Shown here piece by piece: positions 28,902 to 38,658 of a DNA stretch of 64,000 nucleotides. The notes under the pieces are model-generated. The model made no database searches. It was not told the origin of the DNA and was given only the letters and a program-made list of their open reading frames with translations. Origin of the DNA: a virus (lineage: Duplodnaviria > Heunggongvirae > Uroviricota > Caudoviricetes). The position numbers and the translations under genes are program-made. The stretch's first letter is position 1, and the number at the start of each line of letters is the position of its first letter. The DNA is taken from IMG/VR virus record IMGVR_UViG_3300048625_000166; one strand, given 5' to 3'.

Positions 28902-29189
28902 AACTTCTTGGAATGGATGGGATGGAAGAAAATGAATGACGATAATGTTGTAAAGTTTCCGTCTGTAGCACCAGTTGCACCTCCAATGCCGAGAGTCGAA
29001 CCACCTAAAACAGTGAACAGAGAACACTATCGCATTGGTTATGATTATGAACGTGAAATGGCAACGTTGACATTGTTGGATAATTATAATCAAGCAGTTA
29101 CCACATTGAGCATGAATCGTACTGCCGCGGAACAGATGATTCGCATGTTACGTGCGGCATTCCCAGTTAAAGGAGAAAATGATGATTGA
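28899..29189 (+). CDS. hypothetical protein
   Basis: 96 aa. Confidence 0.45.
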   Translation: MNFLEWMGWKKMNDDNVVKFPSVAPVAPPMPRVEPPKTVNREHYRIGYDYEREMATLTLLDNYNQAVTTLSMNRTAAEQMIRMLRAAFPVKGENDD

Positions 29190-29547
29190 TGCAGTATTAC
29201 TTTTATTGTTCTTGCTTTTTGTTAAGCACTGGTACATTGATTTTGTCAATCAAAACAATGTCGAAGTAGCAAGCAAAGGCATCTATGGTGACTTTCATGG
29301 CATAATGCACAGTACAAAGCAAGGCATAGGTACAGTCTTGTGCGTCTTGTTTGTGACTGGACCAGCATATCTGTTTTATGCACTTGTGTTGGGATTACTT
29401 GATTTCGTAATTCACTATCACGTTGACTGGATCAAAATGAACTATGGCAATCGTGACATTCGCACTCCAGCATTCTGGAATCACTTAGGGCTAGATCAAC
29501 TAGCACACTACACAACTTATCTCGTTATCGCAAGGATGATCGTATGA
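29179..29547 (+). CDS. membrane protein
   Basis: GGAG RBS before internal ATG; hydrophobic helices. Confidence 0.45.
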   Translation: MMIDAVLLLLFLLFVKHWYIDFVNQNNVEVASKGIYGDFHGIMHSTKQGIGTVLCVLFVTGPAYLFYALVLGLLDFVIHYHVDWIKMNYGNRDIRTPAFWNHLGLDQLAHYTTYLVIARMIV

Positions 29548-29723
29548 ACGACTTTATGAGCAAATTTCGCCGTTGGTATCTAACATATTGGACTGAGATT
29601 ACTTGGTTCATTATTGGTTGGCTAGCCATGGCATTGCTAGAGGCCATTGGCCGTCAGCAATGGACTACCGCATTGATCGATGCAGGTCTTATCTATATCA
29701 ACTACGCAATGGCAAGACGATGA
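29544..29723 (+). CDS. small membrane protein (59 aa, not on track)
   Basis: ATGA coupled at both ends; replaces the 5' part of track ORF 29603. Confidence 0.35.
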   Translation: MNDFMSKFRRWYLTYWTEITWFIIGWLAMALLEAIGRQQWTTALIDAGLIYINYAMARR

Positions 29724-30052
29724 AAAAGCCTGTTAAAAATCTACCTAACATGTTTCGTCCGAGTTCAAGTTCGAATAAAATCAATGTTATGAAGATGCGT
29801 TTAAAGTATGGGCGCACTGACAACTACAACTGGCGCTCCAGGGTTGAGTGGTATCCAGTCGGGTTCAAGCTCAATCACAGAACCATCTTTAAACAATTTG
29901 GCAGACTTCACGGCCTAGCATGTCACTCACCTGAGCCAATTGAAAAGCGTTGGCAAAACGCATACAATGCGTTTCAAGCAAAGCATTTTGGTGCATTCAA
30001 GGGCGCGAGTATGCGATATTTGAATAAGTGGTCGTGTCATAGTTGGCTATGA
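29720..30052 (+). CDS. hypothetical basic protein
   Basis: ATGA-coupled ATG inside track ORF 29603..30052. Confidence 0.4.
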   Translation: MKKPVKNLPNMFRPSSSSNKINVMKMRLKYGRTDNYNWRSRVEWYPVGFKLNHRTIFKQFGRLHGLACHSPEPIEKRWQNAYNAFQAKHFGAFKGASMRYLNKWSCHSWL

Positions 30053-30264
30053 ATATTGAACATGAAAACACTGCCAGAGCGTTAAGAGACCAGCCATTGT
30101 TTGCAACAAGACAGTGGCGGTGTCGCTTTGGCATACACACATGGTTAATGTGGGGTAAGCCTGCCGCTAATAGGCGTGGTGCCTACGTGATGGTTGAGCA
30201 GTTCCGCACATGTGGATGTTGTGGACAAGCTGACAGAAAAGTATTATCTAAGGAGATAGGATAA
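30049..30264 (+). CDS. hypothetical Cys-containing small protein
   Basis: Track start TTG; ATG 30049 is ATGA coupled; CGCCGQ motif. Confidence 0.4.
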   Translation: MNIEHENTARALRDQPLFATRQWRCRFGIHTWLMWGKPAANRRGAYVMVEQFRTCGCCGQADRKVLSKEIG

Positions 30265-30602
30265 TGTCCAATCTAGCAGAATATTTCGCAAAAAATAGAT
30301 ATCAAGCTAAATATAGTCTCGGCGATAGGATCATCGGTAAATGGAACAAGATACCCTTCGTCGGCACTGTCGGCAACGACACTTTAATTAGTGAGATAGA
30401 AGGTCCTAGAATCTCTGTTCATCTTGATTTGCCAATTAAGTATGAAGATAAAGTGTTTAACTTTATAATCGTTAAGCACAAAGACGTTAAGAGATTACCG
30501 TTAATTGAAATAGAGGAAACAAATGACAAAAGCACTAATCGCAAAGCCAGTAGTAAAGAACCAGTTCTGGATAGTGACAGACGGAAACGAAAAAGTAGGT
30601 AA
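30264..30602 (+). CDS. hypothetical protein
   Basis: AAGGAG RBS. Confidence 0.45.
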   Translation: MSNLAEYFAKNRYQAKYSLGDRIIGKWNKIPFVGTVGNDTLISEIEGPRISVHLDLPIKYEDKVFNFIIVKHKDVKRLPLIEIEETNDKSTNRKASSKEPVLDSDRRKRKSR

Positions 30603-30984
30603 TGTAATTGCCGATGGCTCTGGGTTCGAAGTAAAGCTAAACGGAGGTATTGCTCACTTTAAGAATACCAATGCTATTACAAAGCAAACTCATATCGAAT
30701 TTGAGCGCAATGTCAATGCTAAAGTAAAACAAGAAATTCCATTCAACGAGTTTCCTACTACCACTAAAGTATACAACAGTATGCTTGACATTAAGCGCAA
30801 ACTCCATCTTTTTACTAAGACTAGTAATAGTAAATGCTACTATGCGGCAGGTTGGTTCACGTTGACTCAATGTAACGAAACTACAGTGGAATTCTGTCCA
30901 AAGTATATTTTTATTCAGAGATATGCATACCAAGGGCCATTTAAAACTAAAGAAGAAGCAGAGAATGCGCTAAATATACGATGA
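30523..30984 (+). CDS. hypothetical protein
   Basis: AGAGGAAA RBS; 80-nt overlap with upstream ORF. Confidence 0.45.
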   Translation: MTKALIAKPVVKNQFWIVTDGNEKVGNVIADGSGFEVKLNGGIAHFKNTNAITKQTHIEFERNVNAKVKQEIPFNEFPTTTKVYNSMLDIKRKLHLFTKTSNSKCYYAAGWFTLTQCNETTVEFCPKYIFIQRYAYQGPFKTKEEAENALNIR

Positions 30985-31178
30985 TTCACATTAAACGATT
31001 CATTGATAAAGTATCATATACTGAGTCCAAACAGAGCAAAGATTTGATTCTGCCAATGGCAGACGCACGTGGTTTACGTGACGAGTTAGCTAAACTATTA
31101 GCTGACTTACACAACACCAATGAGTCACCGTCCAAAGAAGAGCCAATTGAAGTACAGATTGTAGGAGGCAAGTTCTAA
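30981..31178 (+). CDS. hypothetical protein
   Basis: ATGA coupled. Confidence 0.4.
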   Translation: MIHIKRFIDKVSYTESKQSKDLILPMADARGLRDELAKLLADLHNTNESPSKEEPIEVQIVGGKF

Positions 31179-31474
31179 TGAGCCGCACTCAACCTAAAGT
31201 CTTACTTGAATTGGTTGATAAGACCACATACAAATGTGATCAAATCGTCGAGGCCTCTGGTATTTGGGCTGTATTCTATGATGGGCAACCTATCAATTTA
31301 AAGTCTCAGCATTATCTTGACAGCGAAGCGACACCAAAGTACAAGAAAACTAGTTTTAGTAATCCAGGTCACGCACGTAACCTATGCAGAAAGCTAAACA
31401 AGCAATTCAAAACTGACAAATTTACTGTCGTGTTTATGAATAACGGTACAGTCGTGTACCCAGATGCACCCTAA
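31178..31474 (+). CDS. hypothetical protein
   Basis: TAATG coupled, GGAGG RBS. Confidence 0.45.
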   Translation: MSRTQPKVLLELVDKTTYKCDQIVEASGIWAVFYDGQPINLKSQHYLDSEATPKYKKTSFSNPGHARNLCRKLNKQFKTDKFTVVFMNNGTVVYPDAP

Positions 31475-31865
31475 CACTCACAAGTACAAAATCACGGAAG
31501 CTGTTCGCAAGCAACTTCCTAGTGATGACACCCCCATAGAAATCATCATCAAGGATTGGTGGTTTACTAAATCCAGTGAGAATCTTAGATTAACTGCGTA
31601 TGGAGACCAGGCACTTCGACACGCTGAGATAGAGTACTTTGATGTGCCGATAAACATAACACAGGACAGGTGGTACGCATTCATTGTTGATTGTGGTAAA
31701 AAATTAAAGTGCCCATTTTACATTGGCACTAATAAGAAACACTCAAGATTAGACGGCACCACTGGTGGACCATTCATCAGACTCTATGACAGCAAGATTG
31801 CCATGATGCTGACTCTTTACGGTGACATTTATGGCTACCTCGACTCAATTAAAGTAAGAAAATAG
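31464..31865 (+). CDS. hypothetical protein
   Basis: 133 aa. Confidence 0.45.
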   Translation: MHPNTHKYKITEAVRKQLPSDDTPIEIIIKDWWFTKSSENLRLTAYGDQALRHAEIEYFDVPINITQDRWYAFIVDCGKKLKCPFYIGTNKKHSRLDGTTGGPFIRLYDSKIAMMLTLYGDIYGYLDSIKVRK

Positions 31866-31925
31866 TCAACTGAATCCGTGGTTGAAGCGTTAAATATATG
31901 TACTTGTTTTTATAAGGAGATAACC

Positions 31926-32111
31926 ATGAAACAATTATTCGCAATCGTATTAGCACTATTCGCATTCTCAACATTTGCCGCTGAGCCAGCAGTTGCCCCA
32001 GCAGGTGCACCAAAGCAAGAAATGAAGTTGGCCAAGAAGAAAGATCACTCAAAGGACAAGAAGGTGGACGCCACCAAAAGTCCCCAGAAAAGTAAAGCTG
32101 TTAAGAAGTAA
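31926..32111 (+). CDS. small secreted Lys-rich protein
   Basis: AAGGAG RBS; signal peptide MKQLFAIVLALFAFSTFA. Confidence 0.45.
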   Translation: MKQLFAIVLALFAFSTFAAEPAVAPAGAPKQEMKLAKKKDHSKDKKVDATKSPQKSKAVKK

Positions 32112-32303
32112 TCCACATCATAAATCAGTTCTCGTTATCGACGATGAAGATGACGAGATTGATGACGATGGACTAGCTACATTCTATCGTAGACCTAGAC
32201 TGGTGAAGTATAACCCAGATGAAGATTTGGAAGATTTGCCAGAACACATCACGCTTAGGCTAGCAGAGATTAGAGAGAAAGCTCTACAAAAATATCGTGA
32301 TCA

Positions 32304-32313
32304 ATGCTATAAT
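32304..32313 (+). promoter_or_regulatory. extended -10 promoter TGcTATAAT (weak -35)
   Basis: Upstream of ATG 32384. Confidence 0.3.
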
Positions 32314-32383
32314 ACAGCATAAATAAAGTAGTTAGAGTTCTACTTAAAAACTCAACTTAAACACACTTACACAGGAGAAAATT

Positions 32384-32677
32384 ATGTTTAATACATTCGC
32401 ATTTCAAGGCGTGGACGCCATTCAATCAGCCAAGAAACAATTCGTTTCTACATTCGTTCAAAACGAACAAATCAAAGAAGCTCTTAACGGTTTCATTGAT
32501 GCTCAAGCATCATACACCAAAGAAGCTATCACTGCAGGTTCTGTAGCTGTTACTAAGGTAACTGAAACCTTCACTGACCGCACTCCATACGTTGAAGCAA
32601 CTAAGAAAGTTTCTGACTTCTTAGCTCCATTCTTCCCAACAGCGGCATGTGCTACTCCAGCTAAGAAGGCTAAGTAA
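32384..32677 (+). CDS. hypothetical protein
   Basis: AGGAG RBS, 97 aa. Confidence 0.5.
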   Translation: MFNTFAFQGVDAIQSAKKQFVSTFVQNEQIKEALNGFIDAQASYTKEAITAGSVAVTKVTETFTDRTPYVEATKKVSDFLAPFFPTAACATPAKKAK

Positions 32678-32679
32678 TC

Positions 32680-32871
32680 ATGTTATCAGTTCTACTATCA
32701 TTTTTAGTGTTAGCAGTCATGGGCAGTATCGTGCCTATGATTGGACTACTAAGTGAAGGTACATCATACGGTTCGAAGTTAGAAGAATACATCACAAGTC
32801 GTAATCCAAAAGACACTGCCGATGTAGAGCGTTATACACGTGATTTTGATTCAAAGAAGAATTTTCTATGA
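32680..32871 (+). CDS. small membrane protein
   Basis: TM helix. Confidence 0.4.
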   Translation: MLSVLLSFLVLAVMGSIVPMIGLLSEGTSYGSKLEEYITSRNPKDTADVERYTRDFDSKKNFL

Positions 32872-32947
32872 AGAAGTTTTTCCTAGCATTAATCGAAGCC
32901 ATACAACTAGCACGTGACGCCCAAGCAAAAAGAATCGTTCGCGGATC

Positions 32948-33523
32948 ATGATGCAAATTCACCACACTAACATATACAAGATTAGTGATTATAGTCGTCA
33001 CTTGAAGGCGCTAACACCTGAGGATAAAGTCTCACGTTTTGGTTACCCTGCAAATGACTTCTCTATCGATCAAATGATTTTGAGTATGTGCTACAATCCT
33101 AGCGACCATGAACTATGGTACGCACGTGATGATGGCGATAGAGTGGGCTGGGGACATATGGCAAAGAATCGTGATGGTTCTTGGGAACTAGCAGTTTCTG
33201 TTAACAAAGACTATCAACGTCAGGGCATTGGTAATATGCTTATTACTGAAATGCTCAGATGGGCTAAGTTTCACAAAATCAGTGAGGTGTATATGCACTG
33301 CATTGAAGATAACAAAGTCATTCAACACTTAGCATCAAAAAACGAACTACAAACTAGAAGTCGTGGCGACGGTGAACGTACTGCCGCGATTGAAGTCCCT
33401 GAACCATCGTTCTTGGAAGCTAACACACAACTCTGGAAAGAGCAAAAAGAAATTTTCAACGAATTCAGTAAACTACGCAATCGCTTAACTCAATTATGGG
33501 CATTGCCAATGTTACCGAAATAA
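32948..33523 (+). CDS. GNAT-family N-acetyltransferase
   Basis: Motif A QRQGIGNMLITEMLRWAK. Confidence 0.65.
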   Translation: MMQIHHTNIYKISDYSRHLKALTPEDKVSRFGYPANDFSIDQMILSMCYNPSDHELWYARDDGDRVGWGHMAKNRDGSWELAVSVNKDYQRQGIGNMLITEMLRWAKFHKISEVYMHCIEDNKVIQHLASKNELQTRSRGDGERTAAIEVPEPSFLEANTQLWKEQKEIFNEFSKLRNRLTQLWALPMLPK

Positions 33524-33580
33524 TTGCATTACACAATGCAGTACAATAAACTTAACACACATTAACACAGGAGACAGAAA

Positions 33581-33853
33581 ATGTCACAATTCGAAGCACC
33601 AAAATTACCACAAGTTAAATTCAACAAAAACGGCTATGAGATTCGCGCCGACGTTCTAGCAATGGCTAAGGAAGTAGTCATGCAAGACTATCAAGTTAAG
33701 ATGCATGGTTGGGAAATCACTGCTGGTCGTGATGAACGTACCGGTCAACTTACAACTACAGTAGCAATGCCAGAGTTTCCGGGCATGGACAAGATTCTAG
33801 AAGCCGCAGAAAAGATGTATGTCTTCGTCAATCAAGGTTCTACACAAAAGTAA
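33581..33853 (+). CDS. hypothetical protein
   Basis: AGGAG RBS, 90 aa. Confidence 0.5.
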   Translation: MSQFEAPKLPQVKFNKNGYEIRADVLAMAKEVVMQDYQVKMHGWEITAGRDERTGQLTTTVAMPEFPGMDKILEAAEKMYVFVNQGSTQK

Positions 33854-33871
33854 TACTTTCTTACTAACAAC

Positions 33872-33900
33872 ATAGGCCCTATAGGGGCCTATTTCATTTT
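33872..33900 (+). terminator. rho-independent terminator ATAGGCCC-tatag-GGGCCTAT + TTTCATTTT
   Basis: GC stem plus U-tract read directly. Confidence 0.6.
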
Positions 33901-33902
33901 GG

Positions 33903-33931
33903 TTGACACTAAATGGGTTTGGACATATAAT
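33903..33931 (+). promoter_or_regulatory. sigma70-like promoter TTGACA-17-TATAAT
   Basis: Consensus hexamers, upstream of ATG 33938. Confidence 0.65.
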
Positions 33932-33937
33932 GCAATC

Positions 33938-35221
33938 ATGAAAAAACTTATTATTCTCCTGTCTATCGTTTTAACTGCATGTGGCGGAGGTGGTGGCGGA
34001 TCAGCCAGTACTGCAACTGCTCCAGTTAACCCATGTGTGTTGAAAACGTATAACTCTCAGCCTCTTCCTGAGTATGCAGGTGCTCATTCACTTCCTGCTC
34101 CGTCGAATTTGAAATTTGATGCGTCGGTGCAACGTGCAATTGGATTGAAAGACTATTACCCAGGCGGCGAAAACAACGGCTGTGCATCTAACAAAGACTA
34201 TGCTCGTCTGTTGTATCAGAAGACATTGGATCGACTGCAAACACTGAACATTGATGTTGTTGAAATCTACCAGTACGGACCAGTTGATGATTTCAATGCA
34301 ACAACGTGGACTGCGGATAAATCTAAATGGCAAATTCCAGAGAGTGAATTGATTTGGTTTATCAAAGAAGCAAATAGCAGAAACATCAAAGTGAGTTTGA
34401 TCTGGCAACTGTGGGGCGTTGATTCCAAAGGCAACACCATTGATACCAGCATGTCTACATCCGAAGCCTACATGTTGAAGGTTCTTCGTGGCTGGCACAA
34501 CATCATTGTTGATATGGCAAAGTTAGGTGGTAGCAATGGTCTAAACATGTTGACCATTGAGTGGAATGCGTTCTACTTTCCTGTGATGACTAATTATCCG
34601 GTGAGTGCAACGACCGAATTCGTAGCTATCGTGGATGATATTCGTCAATACTTTAATGGCAAGTTGTTCATGCAAGCATCGCCAATCTTCTTTGATGGCC
34701 GATTGCTCAACAAAGTAGATGCAGTCATTGTGCCGCTGAACCCAGCGAACTGGACGCACGTAGATGACACAAACATGTCTGTTGGTCTACTCAAGAGTAG
34801 GTATGCAGATGATATTTTTGGTAAAGCACTTGCACTGTCGATTGCAACTGGTGTGAATGCATCTAGTATTCCTGTGATCTGGGACTTGAACATTCAGAGT
34901 CGTGACCGAGCATTAAGCGATGGCTGGGTAGAAGATGGATTCTGCATCACACAGGTTGGCAGTTCACCAACGACCTTTTCTAACCCATCATGTATGCAAA
35001 AAAACTATGTAACTGATTTTAGTGTGCAGGCAAATGCAGTCGAGGCAGTGTTCCAAGCTATCAAAGAGCAAACATATGTAAAGACGTACGGCATTATTTT
35101 CAGCACTAGTTACTGGCTCACTGACACCATGACACCTGGCGAAGAAGGCTTTCCTAATTTGTCACAAAGCATTCGTGGCAAGCCAGCAGAAACTATCGTG
35201 AAGAATTGGTTTAGTAAATAA
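33938..35221 (+). CDS. lipoprotein, possible glycoside-hydrolase-like
   Basis: Lipobox LTACGGGGGGS; 427 aa; no confident family. Confidence 0.5.
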   Translation: MKKLIILLSIVLTACGGGGGGSASTATAPVNPCVLKTYNSQPLPEYAGAHSLPAPSNLKFDASVQRAIGLKDYYPGGENNGCASNKDYARLLYQKTLDRLQTLNIDVVEIYQYGPVDDFNATTWTADKSKWQIPESELIWFIKEANSRNIKVSLIWQLWGVDSKGNTIDTSMSTSEAYMLKVLRGWHNIIVDMAKLGGSNGLNMLTIEWNAFYFPVMTNYPVSATTEFVAIVDDIRQYFNGKLFMQASPIFFDGRLLNKVDAVIVPLNPANWTHVDDTNMSVGLLKSRYADDIFGKALALSIATGVNASSIPVIWDLNIQSRDRALSDGWVEDGFCITQVGSSPTTFSNPSCMQKNYVTDFSVQANAVEAVFQAIKEQTYVKTYGIIFSTSYWLTDTMTPGEEGFPNLSQSIRGKPAETIVKNWFSK

Positions 35222-35224
35222 ACG

Positions 35225-35842
35225 ATGAAGTATAAAATCTTAGGTCGATTAGGTGGAAGTGGTCCATTCATTGCAACAGTCCTACAAAAGATGGGACTTG
35301 ATGCTCAGTATGATCCTGTCAATAAGCCAGGTGACAATGATGTAGCTATTCTAGTTACATATCAATACGATATGTTTGCATGGGTGATGACTTCTCGCCA
35401 TGTCGAAGACACCATATATCAATATAACTTGGGCAACCGTGAACGATTTGATGCGTGGATACAACACTATGTTGGCCCTGGTGATCCTCAAACGCTAGAA
35501 GAAATCTCAATGAGTGACTGGGCAGAACATGTGGTGCAAAGCTATAGACACATTGGTATGTATGCACCATTGAATGGAATCTTTGAAGATTTAGAATTGA
35601 TCTGCAAAGATTCACTATGTGCAAAGCATGATTTGCCACTAGAATTGATTGTAGATAAACCAGAAGAAGCTATTAGTGTAATAGAAAAGATCACAGAAAA
35701 AACGATGGACAGTAATACTAAAGACTTCTTTTTATCTGAACTCAGCAAACAAAAGGCATTACTTTCAACATGGATGGAAGAATACGCTAAAGCAAAAGAA
35801 AAATCAACAGATAGTTATTTGTGGCTAAAACGGTTGACTTAG
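35225..35842 (+). CDS. hypothetical protein
   Basis: 205 aa. Confidence 0.5.
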   Translation: MKYKILGRLGGSGPFIATVLQKMGLDAQYDPVNKPGDNDVAILVTYQYDMFAWVMTSRHVEDTIYQYNLGNRERFDAWIQHYVGPGDPQTLEEISMSDWAEHVVQSYRHIGMYAPLNGIFEDLELICKDSLCAKHDLPLELIVDKPEEAISVIEKITEKTMDSNTKDFFLSELSKQKALLSTWMEEYAKAKEKSTDSYLWLKRLT

Positions 35843-35862
35843 AATAATTTTGGGCATATAAT
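35834..35862 (+). promoter_or_regulatory. sigma70-like promoter TTGACT-17-TATAAT
   Basis: Overlaps end of upstream gene; before ATG 35895. Confidence 0.6.
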
Positions 35863-35894
35863 ACACTCATTGTTCAACGCACCGGAGAAATCAA

Positions 35895-36161
35895 ATGGGT
35901 TACATCGTTTTTCATACTGCCGCACCTCACGCTGAAAAGCGTTATTTCAAGACTGCCGCAGGCGCGAAGCGTAGTGCAACTTGTTCTAATCGGAATGCCG
36001 GTACTAATGTGTACCAAGCAATGGAAGAAACTTTCTTTGCTATCGTTCATCCTCGTGGCACCAAGACTGTAAAGAGTTTGATGACAGGTCAAAACGTTGA
36101 AATTCCGGAAGACACTCCTTGGTGTTGCAATCCTGCTAGCGAATCGTACTGGAGCATGTGA
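35895..36161 (+). CDS. hypothetical small protein
   Basis: GGAG RBS. Confidence 0.45.
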   Translation: MGYIVFHTAAPHAEKRYFKTAAGAKRSATCSNRNAGTNVYQAMEETFFAIVHPRGTKTVKSLMTGQNVEIPEDTPWCCNPASESYWSM

Positions 36162-36358
36162 TGAAAGTCTATCAACTGACCGCAAGACGAGCAGATGGTG
36201 GTATCACTGATTGGAACTACAATCCAATCTATGCTACACTCGAAGGTGCTGAAAAGCAAAAAGAAATCGAATTCAATGCATACACCAAAGTCAACGGCGT
36301 GGTGATGTTTGAATGTCCCTATATTTTTGAGATTAGAGAATTTGAGGTAAAAGAATGA
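36161..36358 (+). CDS. hypothetical small protein
   Basis: TGATG coupled (track start GTG). Confidence 0.4.
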   Translation: MKVYQLTARRADGGITDWNYNPIYATLEGAEKQKEIEFNAYTKVNGVVMFECPYIFEIREFEVKE

Positions 36359-36579
36359 ACAACCGAATCAATGAACTCGCAGTCCAAGCTGGTGGAATCT
36401 GGCGTGGTGGCTATGTTGAACAACCCAACGGTGATAGTGTCTACACAGACCAGAAGTTTGTTCACGGTGGAGACATGGATGTAGAACAATTCGCCCGACT
36501 GTTGGTGAAAGAATGTTGCGATGTAGTTGATTACAACAATGCTCGGGCAATCGTTAATCATTTAGGAGTTGAAGAATGA
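36355..36579 (+). CDS. small protein, ELAEQAGG/FAELLVKEC paralog family
   Basis: MNNRINELAVQAGG...FARLLVKECC...HLGVEE. Confidence 0.45.
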   Translation: MNNRINELAVQAGGIWRGGYVEQPNGDSVYTDQKFVHGGDMDVEQFARLLVKECCDVVDYNNARAIVNHLGVEE

Positions 36580-36779
36580 ACAAATACTTTCACATCGTTT
36601 ATGTCCACCCCGTAGAGAACGGTGAGCCCAACACTTACAAGGTTGTTCTTGAAAAAGAATTTACAACCAAACAGCAGGCAGACAAGTTCATTTTGTTGTT
36701 CAACACACCTGATATCAAATTATATGTTGAGGCAGTCTATCTAGGCTGTGTCAACGATGAAACCGGAGAACTGGTATGA
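36576..36779 (+). CDS. hypothetical small protein
   Basis: ATGA coupled. Confidence 0.4.
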   Translation: MNKYFHIVYVHPVENGEPNTYKVVLEKEFTTKQQADKFILLFNTPDIKLYVEAVYLGCVNDETGELV

Positions 36780-37012
36780 ACGAACGAATTAAACAACTTG
36801 CTGAACAGGCTACGACTTACATTGAGCCAACATCAACAAGCGGTGAAGGTTGGATCTTTGACAAAGAAAAGTTCGCCGAGTTGATTGTCAAGGAATGTGC
36901 TAAAGTTATCGTGAACGGTGGTTATTGGTCGGGTGGTCCACTTGGTCCTAAGAGACAATGCACTCCGCCAGAGATTGCTCAAATGATTAAAGAATATTTT
37001 GGAGTTGAATGA
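36776..37012 (+). CDS. small protein, paralog family
   Basis: MNERIKQLAEQA...FAELIVKECA...YFGVE. Confidence 0.45.
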   Translation: MNERIKQLAEQATTYIEPTSTSGEGWIFDKEKFAELIVKECAKVIVNGGYWSGGPLGPKRQCTPPEIAQMIKEYFGVE

Positions 37013-37218
37013 TGGACGACTATAAACATTCAGTAAGTGTAATTCTTGTTGACAACATGAACCGATTACAACGAGGAGAAATCACTAAGCAACAATTACT
37101 GGCACTAGTCCACAGTCTAGAAGCGATTAGCATTGACGAAACGCAGAGCAATTTTTTCAAGTCGTATTATGAACTTTTGGATCAGGTTGAAAAACAACAT
37201 TTCGGAGTTGAAGAATGA
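37009..37218 (+). CDS. hypothetical small protein
   Basis: ATGA coupled. Confidence 0.4.
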   Translation: MMDDYKHSVSVILVDNMNRLQRGEITKQQLLALVHSLEAISIDETQSNFFKSYYELLDQVEKQHFGVEE

Positions 37219-37397
37219 CACGAGAACAAATGATGGCGTTGTTTGAAAAGTCCTGTGCTAACTGGGGATTTGATTTCACTAAAGATGATACAGGTCCTAA
37301 TGGAGTAATCTATGCTTCATATGAAACCGGTGTGATGTTTGGCATGTTTGATATAGGCTTTGATACAGCAAAAGAACATTTTGGAGTTAAAGAATGA
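37215..37397 (+). CDS. hypothetical small protein
   Basis: ATGA coupled. Confidence 0.4.
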   Translation: MTREQMMALFEKSCANWGFDFTKDDTGPNGVIYASYETGVMFGMFDIGFDTAKEHFGVKE

Positions 37398-37660
37398 AAA
37401 CAAATGACGAACTATTTGATATGGTGACAAAACTGGACCATCCTATGGCTCGTAAACTGAAAGAACTACGCATTGAGGCTTTCAAGTTGCCAACCACTAG
37501 TGATGCTGAAAAGTTTTTATCAGAGTGGAAGAAGAACAACCCCGAAGAAGCAACAGCCATGCGTGAGTTTATCATGAGTATTGAAATTGAATATAAAGAA
37601 GGTCGCCGTGAAGTTAAATCACAGTTAGGTTACAGTCGCATTGGATTGGGTAATGTATGA
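37394..37660 (+). CDS. hypothetical small protein
   Basis: ATGA coupled. Confidence 0.4.
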   Translation: MKTNDELFDMVTKLDHPMARKLKELRIEAFKLPTTSDAEKFLSEWKKNNPEEATAMREFIMSIEIEYKEGRREVKSQLGYSRIGLGNV

Positions 37661-37911
37661 ACAAACAACTAATATATGATCTTGCTGTAAAGCATAAGCA
37701 TATTTGTGGTGAACTACCATTGAATGTAGTTGAAGAACTCGCCCTTGTTGGATTGGAACTATTTGCTGAGGTAATTGTTCGGGAATGTATTAAGTCTATT
37801 CAATCAGACATGGATCGTGAGACAATGAACGGAACTATATCTTTAGCAAAACACGCAGGTATGGTATCAGCAAAAACGGTTATCAAAAAACACTTCGGAG
37901 TTGAAGAATGA
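37657..37911 (+). CDS. small protein, divergent paralog family member
   Basis: ELFAEVIVRECIKS...KKHFGVEE. Confidence 0.4.
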   Translation: MNKQLIYDLAVKHKHICGELPLNVVEELALVGLELFAEVIVRECIKSIQSDMDRETMNGTISLAKHAGMVSAKTVIKKHFGVEE

Positions 37912-38096
37912 CACGGTATTATTTGAATCTAAAGTTTAACAACTTAGACAACAGTTTATATACTGATTATCAAGCTGTTATGCAGATTGAAATCATCACT
38001 GATGATATCAGTCACGCACATTTGCTTGGTCAACGTTGGATGAAGGTCATGGACGCCGATGAATATCAACTGGTAAAAATGTACAAGGTATCGTAA
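37908..38096 (+). CDS. hypothetical small protein
   Basis: ATGA coupled. Confidence 0.4.
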   Translation: MTRYYLNLKFNNLDNSLYTDYQAVMQIEIITDDISHAHLLGQRWMKVMDADEYQLVKMYKVS

Positions 38097-38293
38097 TGGA
38101 ACTGACGATTTCTATAGCCTTGATTGGTAAGAGTATGCTGTTCGCACTCTTATCGATGCTCTTGGTAATGTTCATTCTGTTTCCAATCAATGATCGCCCA
38201 ACTAGTCGAGGGCAAGTTATTGTTTGGATCATTAGTGAAGTGCTTCTACTCTCCGTGATCTTTGATTTTATTTCTTTTCGAATAGTTGCTTGA
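38096..38293 (+). CDS. small membrane protein
   Basis: Two TM helices. Confidence 0.4.
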   Translation: MELTISIALIGKSMLFALLSMLLVMFILFPINDRPTSRGQVIVWIISEVLLLSVIFDFISFRIVA

Positions 38294-38318
38294 CAATAAA
38301 TGGTTTTGGGTATATAAT
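38290..38318 (+). promoter_or_regulatory. sigma70-like promoter TTGACA-17-TATAAT
   Basis: Consensus hexamers; conserved leader ATTCATCCATTGTCAAAC. Confidence 0.65.
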
Positions 38319-38349
38319 TCATCCATTGTCAAACAAAACGGAGATTATC

Positions 38350-38592
38350 ATGAACAAAGCCAAAGTCACTAAAATTCTTGTTAACTGCAAAGATTTCAAC
38401 GGTTACAAAAATTGCATCTTCATGATGAAGTCTGATGATTTCCGTCTGACTAACAGCTACATGGGCAATGTCATTGAGTTTGGCTACACAAAGATTGCTG
38501 ATGGCAAATTCAACACAAAAGAACGTAAGTTTGTAACTGATGCTGGTGATACTTACAAAGTCTACCGCGATTGGTCAGCAGAAAAAATTTGA
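38350..38592 (+). CDS. hypothetical small protein
   Basis: Real ATG after GGAG RBS (track start was the TTG of the -35 element). Confidence 0.45.
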   Translation: MNKAKVTKILVNCKDFNGYKNCIFMMKSDDFRLTNSYMGNVIEFGYTKIADGKFNTKERKFVTDAGDTYKVYRDWSAEKI

Positions 38593-38599
38593 AAAATGG

Positions 38600-38628
38600 T
38601 TGACAGTAAATAATTTTGGACATATAAT
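38600..38628 (+). promoter_or_regulatory. sigma70-like promoter TTGACA-17-TATAAT
   Basis: Consensus hexamers. Confidence 0.65.
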
Positions 38629-38658
38629 ACAGTCATGTTTAATATACGGAGAATCAGA

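Noticed and set aside
32112-32322. Open acidic frame (..VLVIDDEDDEIDDDGLATFYRRP..) in the gap before 32384
   Set aside because: No in-frame ATG/GTG/TTG with an RBS was found. It may be a relic or need an upstream start, so it was not called.
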